A stretch of 64,000 nucleotides of DNA, taken from contig CAWJSJ010000002.1 of the NCBI GenBank assembly GCA_963845565.1, positions 1,888,001-1,952,000 of the forward strand. The letters run 5' to 3'. Source of the stretch: an uncultured Methylomirabilota bacterium (GTDB lineage Bacteria > Methylomirabilota > Methylomirabilia > Methylomirabilales > 2-02-FULL-66-22). The position numbers and the translations under genes are program-made. Below, piece after piece: positions 57,208 through 64,000 of this stretch; within the stretch, counting starts at the first letter, position 1, and the number at the start of each line of letters is the position of its first letter. The notes beneath the pieces are model-generated. The model was not told where the DNA came from, made no database searches, and saw only the letters and a program-made list of their open reading frames with translations.

Positions 57208-59253
57208 GTGACCCAACCCAGGATTTGGCTTTCGACGACGAACCAGAGGCGCTGCGGGATCGCGTTGTTGGGGCTAATGGCGATCGTAGCAGCCCTCTGG
57301 GGCGTACTCGGCTGGGCGCTTCCCCTTCCGGTCGGCCCCGTCGCGGACGGGCCCACGATCCGGCTGTATGCCGGGACCGAGGAGATCGCCGTTCTGGAGG
57401 GCTTCTCCCGCCGGGCACAGGTGTGGCGCCCGCTGGACAGTTTCCCGCGGACCGTCGTAGACGCCGTGTTGATTGCCGAGGACCGACGGTTTTTCCGGCA
57501 CGGAGGCATTGACCTCTGGGGGGTGCTTCGGGCCGGCGCCGCGAACCTGCGGCAGGGCGGAATCCGGCAGGGTGGGAGCACCATCACCCAGCAACTGGCC
57601 CGGACACTCTTCCTGAGCGGGGAACGCGTCTGGGGGCGAAAGGTCCGAGAAGCGGCGCTCGCGCTCCTGATCGAATGCCGGTACTCCAAGCCGCGCATAC
57701 TCGAAGCCTACCTCAATTCGATCTATCTCGGTCACGACGGCGACGTGGCCGTGCACGGCCTACCGGCGGCTGCGCGGCATTTCCTGCGCAAGGACCTCGC
57801 CGCCGTCCGCGCGGACGAGGCCGCCTTGCTGGCGGCCGCCATCAGCAGCCCCAACAAGGTGTTCGCCGATGCGTCGGGTCGCGGCCGGACCGGTCGAGAC
57901 GCGGTCCTCACCGCGATGGAGCAGCGTGGGGCCATTGACGCCGCAAGCGCTCGAGCGGCGCTGGCGCATCCGCTCCCTCCCGGCCCGGTGGACGCCCGGC
58001 TTCGCGCGCCGTATTTCGTGGAGCTGGCACGCGACGAGATGGCCCGGCGTTTGACGTTACCCCCATCGGGGGAGGTGCGCGTCGGCAGCAGTCTGGATCC
58101 GGCTCTCCAGCGGGTCGCCGAGCGGGCGATCGAGCAAGGGCTGGCGCAACTCGAGCGCCGGCGTGCCGGGGGCGGCCGGGGACGAATCGAGGGAGCCCTG
58201 GTGGCTCTCGACCCTGCCTCGGGGCGTATCCGGGCGCTGGTGGGAGGCCGTCGGTACCAAGACAGCCCCTTCAACCGCGCGACGCGGGCCGTGCGGCAGC
58301 CCGGGTCGCTTTTCAAGCCCTTCGTGTATCTGACGGCCTTCGAATCGGGTCCGAGAGCGGTACCCGCCGCTCTCACGCCGGCGTCGATTGTCGCCGATGA
58401 GCCGCTGACGGTCCGGGACGGGAGCGGGGTCTGGACCCCACGGAATATCGATGGGCAGCTTCTGGGAGCCGTGACGGTGCGGCGGGCGCTCCAAGAATCG
58501 CGGAACATTCCCGCCGTTCGCGTCGCGCAGGCGGTGGGGCCGGATCGGATCGCCGACACGGCCCGGCGTCTCGGGATCGCGAGCCCACTCGCCACGGTTC
58601 CCTCGCTGGCCCTCGGCACGTCGGAGGTTACGCTCCTGGAGATCACGCGGGCGTACGCCACGCTGGCGAATCAGGGCGTGCGCACGACCCCGACGACCTT
58701 GGGCGCCCAGCCCATGCCCGCGGATGCGGCTGCCGTTGCTCCACTCCCCGCCCCCGAACGCGCGGTGTCCGCCGAGTCCGCGTTTCTGATCACCCATCTG
58801 CTCCAGGGTGTGATGCGCGACGGCACCGCCAAAGGCAGCGCACGCTGGGGACTCAACGAAATCGCCGCCGGGAAGACCGGCTCCACGGATAACCTCCGAG
58901 ACGCCTGGTTCGTCGGGTACACGACCGATCTGGTGGTGGGCGTGTGGGTCGGTCTGGATGATGCGAGCCCGCTCGGTTTCACCGGCGCGCAGGCGGCGCT
59001 GCCGATCTGGGCGGCGGTCATGTCGGCCGCTGTGCGGCGGGCCGCTCCGCGCCCGTTCGCGTCTCCACCGGGTGTGGTGATGGTCTCGGTCAACCGCGAC
59101 ACCGGAAAGCCGGCCTCCTTCTGGTGCAACGGAGGCGCCGCCGTCGAAGAGGCGTTCCGAGCCGGGACGGAGCCTTCCGCGGACTGCGGTCCGGCCGCAC
59201 TGGCGCAAGCCGGCCGAGGTCTCCTGAACTGGTTTGCCGGTTTGTTTCGGTAA
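57208..59253 (+). CDS. Class A penicillin-binding protein (transglycosylase-transpeptidase)
   Basis: EDRRF, GGSTITQQLAR, SLFK, SRN, KTG. Confidence 0.92.
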   Translation: MTQPRIWLSTTNQRRCGIALLGLMAIVAALWGVLGWALPLPVGPVADGPTIRLYAGTEEIAVLEGFSRRAQVWRPLDSFPRTVVDAVLIAEDRRFFRHGGIDLWGVLRAGAANLRQGGIRQGGSTITQQLARTLFLSGERVWGRKVREAALALLIECRYSKPRILEAYLNSIYLGHDGDVAVHGLPAAARHFLRKDLAAVRADEAALLAAAISSPNKVFADASGRGRTGRDAVLTAMEQRGAIDAASARAALAHPLPPGPVDARLRAPYFVELARDEMARRLTLPPSGEVRVGSSLDPALQRVAERAIEQGLAQLERRRAGGGRGRIEGALVALDPASGRIRALVGGRRYQDSPFNRATRAVRQPGSLFKPFVYLTAFESGPRAVPAALTPASIVADEPLTVRDGSGVWTPRNIDGQLLGAVTVRRALQESRNIPAVRVAQAVGPDRIADTARRLGIASPLATVPSLALGTSEVTLLEITRAYATLANQGVRTTPTTLGAQPMPADAAAVAPLPAPERAVSAESAFLITHLLQGVMRDGTAKGSARWGLNEIAAGKTGSTDNLRDAWFVGYTTDLVVGVWVGLDDASPLGFTGAQAALPIWAAVMSAAVRRAAPRPFASPPGVVMVSVNRDTGKPASFWCNGGAAVEEAFRAGTEPSADCGPAALAQAGRGLLNWFAGLFR

Positions 59254-59330
59254 GGGTAAATCGATCTCGTTTTCCGCTAGCGATCTTCACCCGACCTCCA
59301 CGGCGGGCCCGGACACTCCACACTTTCCGC

Positions 59331-59436
59331 TTAGGAGCCGTTACGAAATAACCTGTCCATTTCTTATTATTTCGTTACGGCTCCTTATGCCGTTCCCGGG
59401 ATTTCTCCGGTCAAATTATTCTTTGACAACGGCTTA
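59331..59436 (+). repeat. MITE-like repeat family B, copy 3
   Basis: Same two-part structure as 22887. Confidence 0.85.
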
Positions 59437-59528
59437 ATCTGGTAGGCTCACCAGGGCCGACCCGACCGTCGCCGTTTGCTGCGCGGCGGGTGACGGTTCG
59501 CCCAGACTCCGTTCACAGCGAGGACCCC

Positions 59529-62089
59529 ATGACCTCCATCAGGTTACCACGTACCGTCGTCCCGCGCCGTTACCAGATTCGGATCGAGCCCGACCTGACG
59601 GCCGGCACCTTCGCCGGAGACGAGACGATCGAGGTGACGGTGGGCGAACCCACGGCGGAGGTGGTGCTGAACGCCGCCGATCTGACGATCGCCACGGCCG
59701 AGATCGACGATGGCGCGGGACGACGGTTGACCGCGACGATCCGGGTGGACGAGGCCGCGGAGCGCGTCCTGCTGCGCTTCGTCGAGCCGCTTCAGCCGGG
59801 ACCGTGGCGTCTCGCCCTTCGTTTTTCCGGAATCCTGAACGACAAGCTGCGCGGATTCTATCGCAGCAGGTTCACGGCAGGGGATGGACGCGCGGCGATT
59901 TTGGCGGTTACCCAGTTCGAAGCGACTGACGCCCGCCGTGCGTTTCCCTGCTGGGATGAGCCCGCCTTCAAGGCGGTGTTTCAGGTGACGCTGGTCGTGG
60001 ACGAGGCACTGGCGGCGGTGTCCAACACGGCGATGGCCAGTGTCCGGCGCATGCCGGAGCGCGGCAAAAAAGAGGTGACCTTCGCACCGACCATCCCGAT
60101 GTCCACGTATCTATTGGCATTTGTGATCGGGCCACTGGAGCCGACCGACGCCGTCCAAGCGGACGGGATCCCGATTCGGGTCTGGGCCGTTCCGGGGAAG
60201 GGACATCTCGGCTCGTTCGCACTCGAGGTGGCGGCGTTCTCCTTGCGCTTCTTCCGGGAGTACTTCGCCGTGGACTATCCGGGGGACAAGCTGGACCTGA
60301 TCGCCATTCCCGACTTCGCCTTCGGCGCCATGGAGAATCTGGGCGCTATCACGTTTCGCGAGACCGCGCTTCTGGCGGACCAGGGGAGCGCCACCCATGC
60401 CGAGCTCGCCCGGGTGGCCCACGTGGTGGCCCACGAGATCGCGCACATGTGGTTCGGGGATCTGGTGACGATGGCGTGGTGGAACGGACTCTGGCTGAAT
60501 GAGGCCTTCGCCACGTTCATGGAGGTGCTGGCGGTCGACGCGTGGAAACCCGCCTGGGGGCGCTGGGACAACTTCGGCGTGTCGCGGACCGCCGCCTTTC
60601 TGACGGACGGTCTTCGGTCGAGTCGCCCCATCGAGTTCGAGGTAGTGGCTCCCAAGGACGCCGAGGCCATGTTCGACGTGCTGACGTACGAGAAGGGTGG
60701 GGCCGTCCTCCGGATGCTGGAGCAGTATCTCGGCCCCGAGGTCTTTCGCGACGGCGTCCGGAAGTATCTGACCGCGCACCAGTTCTCCAACGCCGAGACG
60801 ACGGATCTCTGGAAAGCTCTGGGGATCGCATCCGGTCAACCGATCCCGGAGATGATGGACGGGTGGATCTTCCGGCAGGGGTTTCCCCTGGTGACCGTGG
60901 AAGCGGAGGGGACGGGCGAAATCGTGCGCTTCAGCCAACACTCCGTTCCGATATCTGGCCGATGGCGACGACACGAAATCCCTCTGGCAGGTTCCGATCA
61001 CCTATCGCGCTCGGGTGAACGACAACATCGTGCGCGGCCACATCCTTCTCTCGACCGCGGAAGAGCGCGTCACCTTTCCGGGCAAGCCGGACTGGCTCGT
61101 GGCGAACGAGGGGGGCCACGGTTTCTACCGTGTGCGTTACGGGCGGGCACTCCTCGCACCGCTCCTCCGCGCACCCGCCGAAACGCTGGCAGCCATCGAG
61201 CGTTTCAACTTGGTCAGCGACGCCTGGGCGGCGACCGTGGCGGGCATGTTTCCGGTGGTCGACTTCTTGGAGTTGACGGGCCGGTTCCGGCACGAAGCCG
61301 ACCGGCACGTGTGGACCTCGCTCCTGGCGTCGTTCGGGTATCTCGCACGGGTCGCCCCGACCGATCTTCGGTCCGGCCTGGAAGCGCTGGTCCGCGATCG
61401 GCTGGGCGAAGCCACGCGGCGCGTCGGTTGGTCTTCGAGGGCCGAAGAGAGCGACCTTGATCGCGAACTGCGGGGCGAGCTTCTCCGGACGATGGGAACA
61501 CTCGGGAACGATGGGGAGGTTCAGCGGGCGGCGCGCGGCCTTTACGATCGCGCCGCGGAGGCGGCCGCGCCGGACCCCAGCGTGCACGCGGCCGTCATCG
61601 CGTTGGTGGCGCACACGGGGGGCGAGAGCGAGTATCAGGAGTTCCTGGCGCGCTTCAAGGCGGCCACGACGCCACAGGGCGAGCAGCGGTATCTTCGCGC
61701 GCTGACCGGTTTCCGCACTCCGGGGCTGATCCGGCGAACGCTCGAGTTCTGCGTCAACGGCGAGGTGCGAACGCAGGACGCGCCGTTCGTGGTGCGAGAC
61801 CTGCTCCTGAGCTGTCCACGGCCGCGAGCCGGCATGGGCCTTTGTCAAGGAGCACTGGGAAGAGATGGAGCGCCTTTACCCCTCCCAGAGCGGCTTGCGG
61901 CGTCTCTGCGAGGGTATCACCGGGCTGGCCACGCCGGCGCTCGAGGCGGACGTGCGGTCCTTCTTCGGCTCCCGGACGGTTTCTTTTGGCGGGAAGACGC
62001 TGGAGCAGTATCTGGAACAGCTTCAGGTGGCGGTCCGCTTTCAAGAGCGGGAAACGTCGGCGTTGCGGGTCTACCTTGGCAAAACCTGA
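59529..62089 (+). pseudogene. pepN: M1 aminopeptidase with ERAP1-like C-domain; two apparent +1 frameshifts (about 60940 and 61813)
   Basis: TQFE, GAMEN, HEIAH..NE, YEKG; three consecutive frames join into one protein. Confidence 0.85.
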
Positions 62090-62152
62090 CCGGTTGGAGC
62101 TTGCGCTGAATACTTCCTTCGCTGGCCCGCGACCGGCCGGGCAGCCTTTCAG

Positions 62153-62185
62153 GTGGGCAAAACCCCACCGTGGGCAAATGCCCAC
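62153..62185. promoter_or_regulatory. Tandem palindromic enhancer (UAS) boxes
   Basis: GTGGGCAAAACCCCAC and GTGGGCAAATGCCCAC. Confidence 0.6.
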
Positions 62186-62253
62186 GCTTCGCGACGGACA
62201 GCCGCGGCGCTGAGGATCTCTTGCGTAGGCGGTCGTGACGGACGATTGACTCC

Positions 62254-62266
62254 CAACCTGTTGATT
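62254..62266 (-). promoter_or_regulatory. IHF-binding site
   Basis: AATCAACAGGTTG = WATCAR-N4-TTR. Confidence 0.6.
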
Positions 62267-62327
62267 TCATTCAATCGAATACCGTGACGGAATCCGGTAT
62301 GGACGATCGGCGTCGGCCGCCAGTTTC

Positions 62328-62343
62328 TGGCATTCTCTTTGCT
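62328..62343 (+). promoter_or_regulatory. sigma54 promoter
   Basis: TGGCATTCTCTTTGCT (GG-N10-GC). Confidence 0.75.
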
Positions 62344-62456
62344 TTAAGGTCTCTCCGTCAGAAGAGACGCGCTGCGCGGTGCCAGAAGAGCCAGGCAGGG
62401 GATTTCGGACGGCGTTGACTTCAGCGGGTACATAATCCGCAAGGGAGGATTGGACG

Positions 62457-63152
62457 ATGAAAGCGAAACTTCGAACCCTCATGTTGATGGTCGTGGCGTT
62501 CCTGGTCGTGCCGTTCCTGGCCGACCTTCACGTTCCCTTCGGTTCGGGTGACAATGGCGTCGCCTTTGCCAAGGATGGCGGCGGCGGTGGCGACAGCGGT
62601 GGCAGCGGCGGGGGTTCCGGCAGCGGAGGTAGCGGCTCCGGCAGCGGCGACAGCGGGGGCCATGGGGGCGACAGCAGCGGCCATGGCGGGAGCGGCAGCA
62701 GCGGTCACGGTGGGAGCGACAGTGGGGGCCGCGGAAGTGACAGCAGCGGCCATGGTGGTTCGTCCGGCCACAGCGCGGACTCGTCGCGAGGCGGTGAAGG
62801 ACAAGGGCAGGGCCGTGATGGCGGCCTTGGCCATGGCCACTCCGGCCGCGGCACAGGGAACAGTGTCTCAGAAGCCGCCACTTCGACCGCCCACGGCGGG
62901 CGAGCGGCTGCCCAGGAGGCCGGTGCGCGTAATCTGGGTGGGGCCGTGAGCTCGGCGGTTCACGAGGCGCAACAGGCCCGCGACCAGGATCGTACCCGCG
63001 ACCAGGATCGTACCCGCGACCAGGATCGTACCCGCGACCAGGATCGTACCCGCGAAACGGAGACTCGGCGCGAGGTTGAGGCGCGTCAGCGAGAGGTCGA
63101 GGCCGAGAACCGCGACATTGGCAGGGTGAGTGGGGCGACGGTTCCCCGCTAA
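62457..63152 (+). CDS. Secreted Gly/Ser/His-rich low-complexity protein with RDQDRT repeats
   Basis: GGAGG RBS; N-terminal hydrophobic segment and AFA-K site. Confidence 0.7.
   Translation: MKAKLRTLMLMVVAFLVVPFLADLHVPFGSGDNGVAFAKDGGGGGDSGGSGGGSGSGGSGSGSGDSGGHGGDSSGHGGSGSSGHGGSDSGGRGSDSSGHGGSSGHSADSSRGGEGQGQGRDGGLGHGHSGRGTGNSVSEAATSTAHGGRAAAQEAGARNLGGAVSSAVHEAQQARDQDRTRDQDRTRDQDRTRDQDRTRETETRREVEARQREVEAENRDIGRVSGATVPR
62977..63055 (+). repeat. Perfect 18-bp tandem repeat, about 4.4 copies
   Basis: CCCGCGACCAGGATCGTA. Confidence 0.95.
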
Positions 63153-63270
63153 CGTATGACTGGGATATGCGGGCCGAACCCGAACGGACGACAACGGGTT
63201 CGGCCCTTCAAGTCACACATCGCCACCACGGCGACACAACATTGGATGGAGAAATGGGGGCTGGCCGGTC

Positions 63271-64000
63271 ATGACGACCCCGATGAGAAGTCGCTTCACC
63301 CGATTCGCACTGGTTCTTGCTGTGACCCTCGGCGTCGGCTTCGCTACGAGCGGCTGCGTGGCCATGGCACAAAGCCTTCAGGCCCAGCGGAGCTACGACC
63401 AGGGGTTGGAGCGCTACAAGGCCAGGGACTATGCCGGTGCGATCCCGCACCTCGAGAAAGCGCTTAGTGCGCAACCGGATTTCGACGAGGCCGAGGTGTC
63501 GCTGGCCTGGAGTTACTATCACGTCGCGAAGTATCCCGAGGCGACCAGGCACTTCCGACAAGCCCTCGCGCGCAAGCCGCAGTGGGAAGGTGCCCACGAC
63601 GGCCTGGGATGGACCCGGTATCGGGTTGGGCGCTATCATTTGGCGCTGGAGTCTTTCCGCCAGGCGCTCGCCCTGGATCGCAACTACCGCGATGCCGCCG
63701 TAGGGTATGCCTACGCGCTATTCGAACTGGGCCGATACGCGGAGGCCGTGTCCCACCTGGAGCGACTCACCAAGGACGGGGAGGGTGGTCTGCTTAAGAG
63801 CCCGGTCTCCGATGTCGAGGATGTCCGGTCTCGTTATGCCTGGACGCTCTTCTACCTCGGGGACTACGCCAAGGCGCGGGAGCAATTCACCAAGGGCATC
63901 GCCGCCCGGCCGGAGTGGTCCGGCCTCCATAACGGACTCGGCTGGACCTTCCTCCGACTCGGCGACAAGGTTCAGGCGCGACGCGCCTTCCAGCGGGCTG
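63271..64000 (+). CDS. TPR-repeat lipoprotein (3' partial)
   Basis: Lipobox TSGC; AHDGLGW and LHNGLGW TPR units; frame open to the window end. Confidence 0.85.
   Translation, partial: MTTPMRSRFTRFALVLAVTLGVGFATSGCVAMAQSLQAQRSYDQGLERYKARDYAGAIPHLEKALSAQPDFDEAEVSLAWSYYHVAKYPEATRHFRQALARKPQWEGAHDGLGWTRYRVGRYHLALESFRQALALDRNYRDAAVGYAYALFELGRYAEAVSHLERLTKDGEGGLLKSPVSDVEDVRSRYAWTLFYLGDYAKAREQFTKGIAARPEWSGLHNGLGWTFLRLGDKVQARRAFQRA

Noticed and set aside
60930..61820. Programmed frameshifting in the aminopeptidase
   Set aside because: No slippery heptamer at either site; two independent +1 shifts fit indels better
62140..62200. c-di-GMP-I riboswitch-like GGGCAAA
   Set aside because: No GAAA-tetraloop P2 or GCAAAG P3; better explained as tandem DNA palindromes upstream of a sigma54 promoter
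62977..63055. Possible CRISPR array
   Set aside because: Contiguous in-frame 18-bp tandem repeat with no spacers and no cas genes

Overview
High-GC bacterial chromosomal window. Gene content (TRAP/TAXI transporters, small DRR-motif proteins, PEP-CTERM, sigma54 systems) suggests Methylomirabilota (NC10/Rokubacteria) or a similar lineage; this is inference only. Most of it is metabolism and transport: a carbohydrate ABC importer, an AmgK/RapZ-like kinase with a MurU-like transferase, vapBC, ltaE, TRAP and TAXI transporters, three lipolytic lipoproteins (ceramidase, patatin, alpha/beta hydrolase), a fused E1 alpha/beta dehydrogenase, glgA, a split transketolase with a histone-H1-like tail, a sigma54 two-component system with a Pro/Lys-rich lipoprotein, a class A PBP and an M1 aminopeptidase. 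An accessory, partly decayed region (about 33.7-44.2 kb) lies downstream of tRNA-Asp(GTC). It holds a RAYT-type HUH transposase bounded by 24-bp inverted repeats, a DUF2726/NERD nuclease pair, a PEP-CTERM gene, small Zn-finger paralogues, a DUF669-like phage gene and an integrase-less 3.1-kb island between about 181-bp direct repeats. The most notable non-coding signals are two families of MITE-like intergenic repeats (one with compensatory base changes and a nested mobile mini-hairpin), a long rod-like structured RNA candidate ahead of the ceramidase, and a complete enhancer-IHF-sigma54 promoter. No CRISPR array or rRNA is seen. Several single-base frameshifts may be assembly errors. All calls are by eye from motifs, without database searches.
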